A stretch of 64,000 nt of DNA from Vicinamibacterales bacterium (lineage in GTDB: Bacteria > Acidobacteriota > Vicinamibacteria > Vicinamibacterales > UBA2999). The DNA is taken from NCBI GenBank assembly GCA_036004405.1, contig DASYRM010000065.1:5674-69673 (forward strand), given 5' to 3'. Below, in pieces: positions 8,357-19,186 of the stretch. Both the position numbers and the translations under genes were made by a program. Each line of letters begins with the position of its first letter. Position 1 is the stretch's first letter. The notes under the pieces were generated by a model, which searched no databases, was not told the DNA's origin, and saw nothing but the letters and a program-made list of their open reading frames with translations.

Positions 8357-10378
8357 GTGAGCGTCGCCACTCCAGCTTCTCGTCCCCAGCCGATCCGCTT
8401 CACGCAGATCGAGCACCTGCGGGCGGTGGCGGTGCTGGTGGTGATCGTTCACCACCTGGGCGGCATGCCGGGCGGCTTCATCGGCGTCGACATCTTCTTC
8501 GTCATCTCGGGCTTCGTCATCACGCACGCGCTGCTCGGATCCCGCGACCTGGGATTCCTCGCGGGTGTCCGGCACTTCTACTACCGGCGGATCGTGCGCA
8601 TCCTCCCGCCGCTCATCGTCGTGACGCTGGCGTCGTTCCTCTTCGGCTGGTGGCTGTTCTTCGACGACGACTTCACGCGGCTCCAGCAGGCGGTCGCCAG
8701 CCAGGCGTACTTCCTGCAGAATCTCCACTTCGCGCAGGATGTCGGCAACTACTTTCGTGGCATTCCCGCCACCGACGTGGCGCTGCACACCTGGTCGCTG
8801 GCGGTAGAAGAGCAGTTCTATCTGCTGTCACCGGTCCTCATCATTCTGCTCATCAGGATGCGCCGCCGCGCCCCACGCACCGCCGCGGCGACGGTGCTCG
8901 CAGTGGCGGTGACGGCGACGATTGCCGCCATCGCCTCGGAGACGCCGCTCACACATCTCACCGCCACAGCCGTCAACTGGTGGTCGCCGGCACGCATCGA
9001 TCCGGACGCGCTCCGGTTCTACTCCTTGCCCTTCAGGGCATGGGAGCTGCTCCTCGGCTGTTCGGCGATGGCGGTCCGTTCGCGCTGGGACCACCGTCTG
9101 TCCATGCTGTCGACGCGAGCGCAGCCATTCTTCTACATCGGCCTGGCGGCGCTGCTGGCGGCGGCGTACCTGGATCTGGAGCGGCGAACGTGGCCGAACC
9201 TCTACACGCTCGGCGTCTGCCTGTTGACGGCGGGCTGCCTTGTGCTGGTCGTCACACGCCCGGTGCCGGCGCAACCCGGAATCGGTGTCAGCCGGGCCCT
9301 CGCCGCGGTTGGCAGCACCAGCTACTCCGCGTACCTCTGGCACTGGCCGCTGCTCGGATATTTCACGTATACCAACTTCGACTTCGGCGTCGCCCGACTC
9401 GACTACGCGCTTTATTTTTTGGTGCTGGCCGCGCTGGTCGCGGCCACCTACCATACGGTGGAGAAACACCGGCTGCGCATCTCCGGCCCCGCGAGCGTCG
9501 TCGTGCTGCTCGCGTTCATCGTGGGGGGCCGGTACCTGGGCACCTCGCCTCGAGATCTCACGTGGTTCGACCAGGACAAACAGCGGATCCTCTCCACCGC
9601 CCGCTACGACCAGGCACGATGTGAGAACGACGTGGAGAAGGTCGCCGGCAAGTTCGTCGTGCTGTTCGGCGACAGCCACGCCGGGATGGTGACCGGGCAG
9701 TTCCAGCGGTCGGCCAGAGAGCACGGCTACAGCGTGCTGTGCATGGAGGGATCAAGGGCGAGACTTGGCAGCGATCGCCGCGCCACCGAAGCGCGTTTCG
9801 AGCGTGTCGCCCGCGCCGAGGGCTACCTGGGCACGCTCATGGTGCTGCGCTGGAACATGTACTCGACCGGCTTTCCACCCTATGAAGTCGAGGAGCGCGG
9901 CAACCGATTCTTGATGTTGGACGACCGCCGGCCGGCAAACGCCACCGAGGCCTTCGACTTCTTCGTGGCGAACATGACGGGCCTGGTGCGGTCGATCGCG
10001 AGGGCCCGACCGTCTGCTCCCATCGGAATACTCCTGCAGGTCCCGAACATGCCGTTCTACGCGGAGAAGGAATCGCTCATGGACTATCACGGGCTGCGCT
10101 TTCGTGCGCTGCCGCCGAAGTCAGCGGCGGAGCACCGAAGCGAGCAGATGCCCGTTCGACGCGTCTTCGATCGACTGCGCGCCGCCGAACCAGCAATCGA
10201 CCTTCTCGATCCCACATCGATCTTGTGCGGCGCGGACACCTGCGCCTACCGTCACGGGTGGAACGTCCTCTACAAGGACGACGATCACCTGTCGGTGTAC
10301 GGCGAGACGCTGCTGGCGCCGCTCTTCGAACGATGGCTCCGGCAGCTGCACGCTAGAGATGATGACGGTCGTTCTTGA
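8357..10378 (+). CDS. acyltransferase family 3 (OafA/YrhL-type) with C-terminal SGNH hydrolase-like domain
   Basis: The N-terminus RFTQIEHLRAVAVLVVIVHHLGG..GVDIFFVISGFVITHAL and about 10 TM segments match acyltransferase_3. The C-terminal domain carries GDSH (VVLFGDSHAG) and DDDH (YKDDDHLSVYG), the SGNH block I and V motifs. Confidence 0.9.
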   Translation: MSVATPASRPQPIRFTQIEHLRAVAVLVVIVHHLGGMPGGFIGVDIFFVISGFVITHALLGSRDLGFLAGVRHFYYRRIVRILPPLIVVTLASFLFGWWLFFDDDFTRLQQAVASQAYFLQNLHFAQDVGNYFRGIPATDVALHTWSLAVEEQFYLLSPVLIILLIRMRRRAPRTAAATVLAVAVTATIAAIASETPLTHLTATAVNWWSPARIDPDALRFYSLPFRAWELLLGCSAMAVRSRWDHRLSMLSTRAQPFFYIGLAALLAAAYLDLERRTWPNLYTLGVCLLTAGCLVLVVTRPVPAQPGIGVSRALAAVGSTSYSAYLWHWPLLGYFTYTNFDFGVARLDYALYFLVLAALVAATYHTVEKHRLRISGPASVVVLLAFIVGGRYLGTSPRDLTWFDQDKQRILSTARYDQARCENDVEKVAGKFVVLFGDSHAGMVTGQFQRSAREHGYSVLCMEGSRARLGSDRRATEARFERVARAEGYLGTLMVLRWNMYSTGFPPYEVEERGNRFLMLDDRRPANATEAFDFFVANMTGLVRSIARARPSAPIGILLQVPNMPFYAEKESLMDYHGLRFRALPPKSAAEHRSEQMPVRRVFDRLRAAEPAIDLLDPTSILCGADTCAYRHGWNVLYKDDDHLSVYGETLLAPLFERWLRQLHARDDDGRS

Positions 10379-11240
10379 TCGACACGTGACTCTGATACGC
10401 CCTGCGCCACAATCCCGGCGTCGTAATTTCCATGCCATGCGCGCTGCGGCCGCTGTTCACGAACGCGAGGAGGGCGTTACGCCGGAACGGCGCGCTGAAA
10501 GCCGGCGTGAGCTGGATCCCGGCTTCGTGGAAGTACACGGTCTTTCCAGTGGCGGCGATCGCCGTCTCGTTCAGAGCGCCGTCCGCGTGAAAGAGAGTTG
10601 TTCCCAGATCGGTGTCCTGGCGGTCGTCCGGAAAGTAGTACAGAGCTGTCGTCAGGTACGCCAAAGCGTCGGCGTGCGGCCGTAACCTGAATCCCAGCCC
10701 CCGCATCATCAGCCGACCCACGTTCATCTGCGGTCGGAATGGCGGGCGGTAGTAGTCCTTGCTCACCACGCCGTCGGACCACAGCCGCTCGATCAGGCCG
10801 AGCCGTTGCTCGATCTCCGGTCGGAACGTCTCGAGGAGCCACGGTCCGACGACGGCACGATTGATCTCGAGCAGGAAAAAATTCCAGACATCGCGCAGCG
10901 GCTCGGGCAGGTCGTCGTAGGTGGCGGCGCGGCTGTCCGACGGATCGGTGCCCGGGGGCCGGGGCACCATGTCGCGCCGATTCGCGCGCTCTTCGGCTGG
11001 AAAGAGCTCTGCCGACGGCCACGCCGCGTCGAGGAGCATGTAGAGATCGGGGCTGAGAACGTCTTCGACCCACACGAACGGGAACGGGTCGTCCCGCCGG
11101 GGCGTCGCCGCGAGACGGCGCCGGACGTACGCTTGCTGTCGCTCGCGGTCGAGCACGGTCGAGTATTCGGGAAACCGTGCGAGAAACGCACTCGCATCGC
11201 CATGAACGACGTGACTTTCCACGTGACTGTCTCCTGCCAC
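10353..11240 (-). CDS. hypothetical protein, 2OG-Fe(II) oxygenase-like (tentative)
   Basis: 295-aa ORF with good GC3 bias. DPFPFVWVEDVLSPDLYMLL resembles the N-terminal strand of 2OG-oxygenase-fold proteins. There is an HxD candidate (RPHADA) and a distal His (SAHGM). The GTG start at 11240 has an alternative GTG at 11222 after AGGAG. The 3' end overlaps the convergent acyltransferase by 26 nt. Confidence 0.5.
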   Translation of the reverse strand: MAGDSHVESHVVHGDASAFLARFPEYSTVLDRERQQAYVRRRLAATPRRDDPFPFVWVEDVLSPDLYMLLDAAWPSAELFPAEERANRRDMVPRPPGTDPSDSRAATYDDLPEPLRDVWNFFLLEINRAVVGPWLLETFRPEIEQRLGLIERLWSDGVVSKDYYRPPFRPQMNVGRLMMRGLGFRLRPHADALAYLTTALYYFPDDRQDTDLGTTLFHADGALNETAIAATGKTVYFHEAGIQLTPAFSAPFRRNALLAFVNSGRSAHGMEITTPGLWRRAYQSHVSIKNDRHHL

Positions 11241-11320
11241 AGTATCGCAGAGTCGTCCGTCCCGGTGAACCCACCGGCATCGCCTTGGAGCGCGGCCGCC
11301 CGGTCGATTAGAGTACCGCC

Positions 11321-12340
11321 GTGGAAACGCCAGCGCCCACCGGAACGGAGTACTGCCGATGCGACCTGTGTGGCAGCGACGCGCCGCTGCCGTTGCCTGA
11401 CTACATCACACGTCCGCATCGAGTGGTGGTGTGTCGCGGCTGCGGCCTGATCTACACCAACCCCCGCTCGACCCGCGATGCGATGGACGAGTTCTACACC
11501 AACCGGTTCCAGTCCGATCCCGGCGCCCTCAGGCGGCACGGCGAAGACGTGAACGAGAACACTTTCGAGAAGCACGTCAAGCAGATGACTCCCTTCGTCG
11601 AGTCGCTGATCGACAGCCTCGGCGATTTGAACGGCAAACGCTGGCTGGAAGTCCGGTGCCGGAGCGGGACGGTGGCCGAGATTCTGGGCCGGCACGGAAT
11701 CGAATGTCACGGCGTGGATCCGTTCGCGGCCAACGTGGACTTCGCCAGCAGGCGGTTCGGCCCCGGACGGTTCCACCAGTCGTCGGTTCACGACCTCGTC
11801 GGCCCGGCGCCTGGCGAGTTCGACGTGATCGGGATGCTGACCGTCCACGTCCTCGCGCACGCGTCCGCGCCTTCGAAGCTGTTGAAAGACTGTTACGACC
11901 GGCTGAAAGTCGGCGGTCGAATCGTCCTCGTCGACAAGGACGTGACGCAGCCACGGCCAGACAACCTCAAGTTCGCGCTGTCGGGGAGCTCCGCGATCGC
12001 GCACTGCCAGCATCTGACGTTGAACTCGCTGCGAGAGTTCGTCCGAAAGGCGGGATTCGAGGTCGAGCGCGCCGAGCACCTCGATCGCTGGTCGACGCTG
12101 CGTCACGCGATCGTCGTCGCGCGTAAACCGGAACGTCCGCGGGCCGCCGGAGAGATCAAGGCCGACGATCCGAGCACGCTTCACCACCAGATCGTGTCGC
12201 TCTACCGGTGGCACGTTGTCCGCGCTCCACTTCGCGCGATTCAGCGACGTGTCGGCAAGAAGCGGATCAAGATGATGCAGAGCAGAGCCCGTATGGCCCA
12301 TCATCGAACGATGAAGTGGTTCAAGCGTCGCTGGGCGTAA
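11321..12340 (+). CDS. class I SAM-dependent methyltransferase with N-terminal Cys4 zinc-ribbon
   Basis: CDLCGS...CRGCGLIYTNP forms a Zn ribbon. It is followed by WLEVRCRSGTVAEIL..GVDP and a motif-post-I/II-like segment FDVIGMLTVHVLAHA..LKVGGRIVLVD. Confidence 0.85.
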   Translation: METPAPTGTEYCRCDLCGSDAPLPLPDYITRPHRVVVCRGCGLIYTNPRSTRDAMDEFYTNRFQSDPGALRRHGEDVNENTFEKHVKQMTPFVESLIDSLGDLNGKRWLEVRCRSGTVAEILGRHGIECHGVDPFAANVDFASRRFGPGRFHQSSVHDLVGPAPGEFDVIGMLTVHVLAHASAPSKLLKDCYDRLKVGGRIVLVDKDVTQPRPDNLKFALSGSSAIAHCQHLTLNSLREFVRKAGFEVERAEHLDRWSTLRHAIVVARKPERPRAAGEIKADDPSTLHHQIVSLYRWHVVRAPLRAIQRRVGKKRIKMMQSRARMAHHRTMKWFKRRWA

Positions 12341-12448
12341 AGACGGCCCGCGGTTCGCGCCGCCGGGCTGAGCCAGTCACCGTTCGAAATCCAGTCGCCG
12401 GCCCTATCGGCCTTTTCCACGAGTAGCCGCTCTCACCGCCGCGAGACG

Positions 12449-12826
12449 CTATTCCACCGCGCGACCACCCAGCTTGCGGCCGTCCGGCAGCGTGAGCGAC
12501 ACGAAGATGCCGCCAAACTCGCCGCTCTTCAGCGGATTGACCACGACGGTGACCATGTCCCCGGGCTTGATGATGTTCGAGCGCCAGCCGTTCCTCGCCA
12601 TCGACTGAGGACTCCCCAGCTCGACGCCCCAGCGATCGACGCCCCCGTTCTCCTTCGGCACGTCGAGCTGAATCGCGGAGTGAGGGTTCGTCCAGGTGAA
12701 CCTGACGACGGTGCCGACGAGCGTTTTCGACACCGTGCGGTCGAACATCACCGGCGAGTGGTGCGCGCCGGTGGTCGCGGCAAGCGCCACGACGAGTGCG
12801 AGGGATGCGAGAGCTGTGCGTAGCAT
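12449..12826 (-). CDS. small periplasmic protein, DUF6152-like
   Basis: The internal ATG at 12826 gives MLRTALASLALVVALAATTGAHHSPVMFD..VGTVVRFTWTNPHS, that is a signal peptide plus an HHS.xxFD N-terminus typical of this small family. The start overlaps the upstream stop as ATGA. Confidence 0.7.
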   Translation of the reverse strand: MLRTALASLALVVALAATTGAHHSPVMFDRTVSKTLVGTVVRFTWTNPHSAIQLDVPKENGGVDRWGVELGSPQSMARNGWRSNIIKPGDMVTVVVNPLKSGEFGGIFVSLTLPDGRKLGGRAVE

Positions 12827-13641
12827 CACTTCACCAGGTTCTTCGATTTCGTCGCCGGCAGCGAGTCGTTCAGGTCGGGCAGGCACTGCACTTCGCTGAT
12901 GTCGGCCGTCTCGCGGCGGCTGAACGTCTTGGTCATCTTCCACTCACCCACCCAGTTCTGCGGGTCGGTCATCTCGTATTCGATGTCCATCCGTCCGTCG
13001 GGCCGCATCTTGAATCGTTCGATGAAGTGCGCGTCCTCACTGATCGGGACCGAGGCACCGCCCTGATCCATCCAGTGATGGTGGCCGGGGAAATACTTCG
13101 TATCGACGACCAGCGTGTCGCCTTCCCAGCGCCCGATCGACTCGCCGTTGAACGTGCGCACGACGATGTCGGGATCGGTGTGCGCGCGACCGTCGAGGTA
13201 GATGATCCGCACGCTGTTCTCGAAGTGGCTGATCATGTAGATCACCGTCGGCAGCTGCACCATCGCGATCGGCCACACCCGCGTCATGATGAGCGGCATC
13301 CCCGCCGGCCAGCATTGCCCGATGTCGTCGCGGTAGACGCCGCCTTCCTTGAGCGCCTTGAGGCCGGCCTCGTAATGGACCTGGGCCGCCGGCGTCAGCG
13401 TGAACTTCTCCGGAACGAACTGCCAGCGATTGGCGCGCCCGTCGTGCTGCCACATGCCGGTGAGATCGAACGGCGGCTTGGGGCGCGGCTTGGCCAGGTT
13501 CTCCACGGACAGCGCCGAGAGCTGCGGCGGCGGGGCCGGCGGCAGTTTCTGCCCCTGTGCCGCAACCGTGGTGGCCGCGGCCAGCAGGCACACCGCGATC
13601 GCCAGGCGGGAGGGTTGGTGGCGAGTCTGCGTCGTCTTCAT
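12826..13641 (-). CDS. secreted conserved hypothetical protein (271 aa), partner of the DUF6152-like gene
   Basis: The internal ATG at 13641 gives MKTTQTRHQPSRLAIAVCLLAAATTVAAQGQ (signal peptide). The upstream 94 codons of track ORF 12826..13923 are Ala/Arg-rich and were judged non-coding. A 4-nt ATGA overlap couples it to the downstream gene. Confidence 0.7.
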   Translation of the reverse strand: MKTTQTRHQPSRLAIAVCLLAAATTVAAQGQKLPPAPPPQLSALSVENLAKPRPKPPFDLTGMWQHDGRANRWQFVPEKFTLTPAAQVHYEAGLKALKEGGVYRDDIGQCWPAGMPLIMTRVWPIAMVQLPTVIYMISHFENSVRIIYLDGRAHTDPDIVVRTFNGESIGRWEGDTLVVDTKYFPGHHHWMDQGGASVPISEDAHFIERFKMRPDGRMDIEYEMTDPQNWVGEWKMTKTFSRRETADISEVQCLPDLNDSLPATKSKNLVK

Positions 13642-13795
13642 GAGAAGGTCCTCTTCCACCTTTTTCGGACAGCGCAGATTAGCACGCGCTTGGATCCCCC
13701 CCCGATCGCATCTCTTGATCGCCATTGATAACAGGAGTAGCTTGGCGCGGCCCGCACAGAACGCGGACCGCGGTCCACCAGGACGTGAGGTGACT

Positions 13796-16700
13796 ATGCG
13801 TCGTGCCGTCTGGTCCCTGGCTGTCTCGATCTGCTTCGCGCTGCTTCCCACCGCCGCCGCTGCCCAAGCCGTCATTGCCGGCACTGTCAGAGACGCGTCG
13901 GGGGCCATCCTCCCCGGCGTCACCGTCGAAGCGAGCAGTCAGGCGCTCATCGAAAAGGTGCGCACCGCCATCAGCGACGGCACCGGCCAATACCGCATCG
14001 AGGATCTCAGGCCGGGCACCTACACGGTCAACTTCACGCTCACCGGCTTCAGCGCCTATCGGCGCGAGGGCGTGGAGCTGACGGGATCGTTCACCGCGAC
14101 GATCAATGCCGAAATGAAACTCGGCACGCTGGAGGAGACGGTCACCGTCACGGGTGAGAGCCCGATCGTCGACGTGCAGAGCGCACGGCGGCAGACCGTG
14201 TTGAGCAACGACGTCCTCAAGGCGATTCCGACGGTCCGCAGCTACAACGCGATGGTCGTCGTCGTCCCTGGCGTAGTGACCAACACGAACGACGTGCAGA
14301 CTGGAACCTCGACCACTCAATTCCCCATCCACGGCGGCCGCAACAACGAAGGGCGCATGACGGTCGACGGGCTCAACGTCGGCAACCCTCCCGGAGGCAA
14401 TCAGCCACCCGGCTATTCAGTGGACGTGGGGAACTCCGAGGAGATCTCGTTTACCACGTCGGGAGGACTTGGTGAATCGGAAACCGGCGGCGTCGTGATG
14501 AACATCGTGCCGAAGACGGGGGGGAACCAGATGCACGGCTCCTTCCTGTACAGCGGCACGGGTAAGAGGCTGCAGTCGGACAACTCGGCGGGCACGGGTC
14601 TCACGACGCCGACGCCGTTGAGCAAGGTCTACGACCTGAATGCCGCGTTCGGCGGGCCGATCAAGAAAGACCGCTTGTGGTACTTCGTCACCGCGCGGAC
14701 GCAGGGCAGCACGCGCGTAAATGCGAACCAGTACTACAACGCCAACGCCGGCGACGCGACGAAATGGCAGTACGCACCAGTGCTCGACAAGCCGGGATTC
14801 TCCGACCGGACCTGGGAGAACATCAGCGGACGCATCACGTGGCAGGCCACGCCGCGCAACAAGATCGGCGGCTTCTGGGACGAGCAGTGGGTGTGTCGAA
14901 AGTGCGCGGGCAATACCATCGGCATCACGACGCCCCCGGTGGTCTCGCCCGAGGCCAACGGCCCCAATCCGACGCAGCCTCTTCGAGTTCCCCAGGCCAC
15001 GTGGACATCGCCGGTCACCAACCGCCTGCTGCTGGACGCCGGCTTCGGCGGCACCTACTACGGGTGGGGCAACTTCGAGCGCGACCCGAACCCGACGCAC
15101 GATCTGATCAAGGTCACCGAGCAGTGCTCGACCGGCTGCGCGGCCAACGGCAACCGGCCGGGCATCGTGTACCGATCTCAGGACTGGGGCCAGAACCTTA
15201 CCGGCTCGTACATCTGGAAAGCCAACCTGGCGTACGTCACCGGCCGTCACAGCTTCAAGGTCGGCTATCAGCACACGTTGATGACCGACGATCGCACGTG
15301 GTCCACCAACAGCACCGACCTGTGGTACCGCTTCAACAACGGCGTCCCGAATCAGCTGACCCAGACCATTTCGCCGTGGATCAACAACGCCCGCGCGGGA
15401 TGGGACGCCGTCTTCGCGCAGGAACAGTGGACGATGGGCCGCTTGACGCTGCAGGGCGCAGTGCGCTTCGACAGCGCCGGCAGCTGGTTTCCCGAGCAGA
15501 ACATCGGGCCCGACCGGTTCCTGCCGGTGGCCTATCACTTTCCGGCATCGAAGGGCATCGACAAATACCGGGACATCACGCCGCGATTGGGGATGGCCTA
15601 TGACGTGTTCGGCGACGGCCGGACCGCGGTCAAAGTGAACTTCGGGAAGTATCTCGAAGGCGTCGGGGTGCAGCTGAATTACGCCAACACGAATCCGACC
15701 ACTCGCATTCCGACGTCAACCGGTCCTTTTGGCGTACCGGGAGTGACGAGAACCTGGATCGATGCCGACTCGAACTTCGTGCCGGACTGCGATCTGTCCA
15801 ACCCGCTTGCCAACGGGAATCCCGCCGCCACGCCCGGCGGCGGCGGTCCCGACTTCTGCGGCCAGATCTCGAACCTGCGGTTCGGTCAGCCGGTGCTCAC
15901 CGGCAACTACGATCCCGACCTGCTGAGCGGCTGGGGCGTGCGCGCCGCGGACTGGAGTCTCGGTGTCTCGGTGCAGCAGCAGCTGATGAAGCGGATGTCG
16001 ATCGAGGTCGGGTACTACCGGCGCTCGTTCGACGGCTTCACCTTGAACGACAACCTCCTGATCTCGCCGGGCGATCTGACACCGTACAGCATCACGGCGC
16101 CGTCCGACCCGCGCCTGCCGAATGGCGGCGGCTATACGATCTCGGGCCTCTACGACGTGAATCCGGCGAAGTCAGGGCAGGTGGACAACCTTGCCACGCT
16201 CGCCAACAAGTACGGCAAGGAGTACCAGCATTTCAACGGGTTCGACTTCACGCTCAGTCTGCGAGCCAGCGGCTTCACCTTCCAGGGAGGAACGAGCACC
16301 GGTCAGAACGTCGCCGACGCCTGCGACGTCCGCGCGAACCTGCCCGAGGTGAGCGTCGGCATCGGCGCCGGACTGGTGGGATCGACCGTCAGCATGACGA
16401 GTCCGTACTGCCACGTCGCCTACGGCTGGCTGACGCAGCTGCGCGGCCTCGCGGCCTACACCATTCCCAAGATCGATGTACAGGTAAGCACGGTGTTTCA
16501 GAGCAAGCCGGGCGCGCTGCTCGCCGCGAACTACGCGATGCCGGCCGCGCAGGTCGCGACGTTCCTGGGCCGCGCACCCTCGGGCAACGTGCCGAACGTC
16601 ACGTTCAACCTGATCGAGCCCGGCTCGCTCTACGGCGATCGGATCAACCAGCTCGACTTCCGCTTCGCGAAGAACTTCCGCTTCGGCGGCAAGCGAGCCC

Positions 16701-16842
16701 AGGTGTCGATGGATCTGTTCAACGCGCTCAACCGGAACCCGATCATCACCTACAACAACAGCTTCACGCCGAACGGGCCGTGGCTGCAGCCGAACGCGAT
16801 CCTCACCGGACGCGGCGTGCGATTCAGCGCGGAGTGGACGTT

Positions 16843-16846
<4 letters not shown>
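13796..16846 (+). CDS. TonB-dependent receptor with N-terminal carboxypeptidase-regulatory-like domain
   Basis: ATG 13796 follows GAGG. The protein starts MRRAVWSLAVSICFALLPTAAAAQA (signal), then AGTVRDASGAILPGVTVEA...TGQYRIEDLRPGTYTV (CarboxypepD_reg-like). A long beta-barrel-type sequence ends in ...VRFSAEWTF with a terminal aromatic residue. Confidence 0.9.
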
Positions 16847-18003
<1,157 letters not shown>

Positions 18004-18004
18004 C

Positions 18005-19186
18005 TTATGTGATCGGGGCGACCGCTTCTTCTCTGACGCGCGGCACGAATACCTTCACCAGTGCCTTCGTGATCATGCCCTTCCGCATGTTGTGCATGCG
18101 CTCCACCATGCCGGCCGTCAGCTCGAGGCCGCGCGCCGCCAGCATCGCGCCACCGTCGATGTGCACGTCCTCGGCGACGATCATGCCCACTTTCAGACCC
18201 GCAAACGGCACCTCGCGAGGCTCGTGCGTGCTGCCGGGCCCGAGCAGTGCCGGCAGGGCGGCCAGCACCGAGGCGTCATAATCGCCGCCCCGGGCCTGCA
18301 GCGCGTCAATGGCCGCAACGCTCGATCGGTGCGCTGTTTCGAGGGCGTCGAAGTCGATGGCCATCTTGAGCACGTGCCCGGCCCGGGCGAGCCGCGCGTC
18401 GCGCTCCTCCTCGATGGCCTCGAAGTAGAGGTACGGTTTCGACGACGCCTCCAGGATGCCGCGGACGTCCTCCATCCGCGGAATGTTCGCCAGCAACTGA
18501 TCGGTGATCTCGGGCACGCGGGCCACCATACGGTGCTCAGCCTCCGACAGCGGCTGCCCGTGATAGACGCGCTCGGCGGTGTCCGGGGCCAGCACGATGC
18601 TGCCGAGGTGCGACAGCATGGCCGCCACTTCCACCTGCCAGCGATCGGGCAGCTCGAGCGCGGCCGCCAGCCTGGAGACCTTGGCCTTGATTCGCGACGC
18701 GCGACCGAACGACACCGGGTTGGTCAGCGCCAGCACGTCGGTGAGTGCTTTGATGACGCCGCGCAGGGTCTGCTCGAGCAGGACGCGTTCCGCGGTGATC
18801 AGCCGGTGCTGTTCGACGGCGTGGTACATCGACGAGAGCAGCGTCATCGTCGGGCAGGGCTTCGTGAGGAAGCGAAAGATCTGGCCCTGGTTCACGGCCG
18901 CAATCGCCGCGTCGATCTCCGAATAGCCGGTCAGCAGCATGCGCACGACGTCTGGCGCCGCGTCCTTGGCCTTGGCGAGAAGGGCGGCGCCGTCCATGCC
19001 CGGCATGCGCATGTCCGACATCACGACTGCCGTATCGGGCCTGGCGGCGAGGACGTCAAGAGCCTCGGGGCCGCTCGTGGCGATCAGCACCTCGTAGCGG
19101 CGCCGCAGGCTCACCGACAGGCCGGCCAGAACCTGCGGCTCGTCATCCACACACAACACGACCGGAAGGGGGGCGTTGGCCATCAT
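18005..19186 (-). CDS. response regulator: REC domain + degenerate HD/HD-GYP-like output domain
   Basis: The true start is MMANAPLPVVLCVDDEP at 19186, in an ATGA overlap with the upstream stop. REC motifs are VMSDMRMPGMDG and TKPC. The output domain aligns to HD-type domains but reads AAMLSHLGSIVL where HD is expected, and no GYP motif is present. Track ORF 18005..20521 is an over-extension. Confidence 0.85.
   Translation of the reverse strand: MMANAPLPVVLCVDDEPQVLAGLSVSLRRRYEVLIATSGPEALDVLAARPDTAVVMSDMRMPGMDGAALLAKAKDAAPDVVRMLLTGYSEIDAAIAAVNQGQIFRFLTKPCPTMTLLSSMYHAVEQHRLITAERVLLEQTLRGVIKALTDVLALTNPVSFGRASRIKAKVSRLAAALELPDRWQVEVAAMLSHLGSIVLAPDTAERVYHGQPLSEAEHRMVARVPEITDQLLANIPRMEDVRGILEASSKPYLYFEAIEEERDARLARAGHVLKMAIDFDALETAHRSSVAAIDALQARGGDYDASVLAALPALLGPGSTHEPREVPFAGLKVGMIVAEDVHIDGGAMLAARGLELTAGMVERMHNMRKGMITKALVKVFVPRVREEAVAPIT

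Noticed and set aside
10793-12304. 503-aa minus-strand ORF and 267-aa ORF 10477..11280
   Set aside because: They overlap the methyltransferase gene and the alternative frame of the oxygenase-like gene. They are Arg/Pro/Ala-rich, with no motifs and worse codon bias than the chosen frames.
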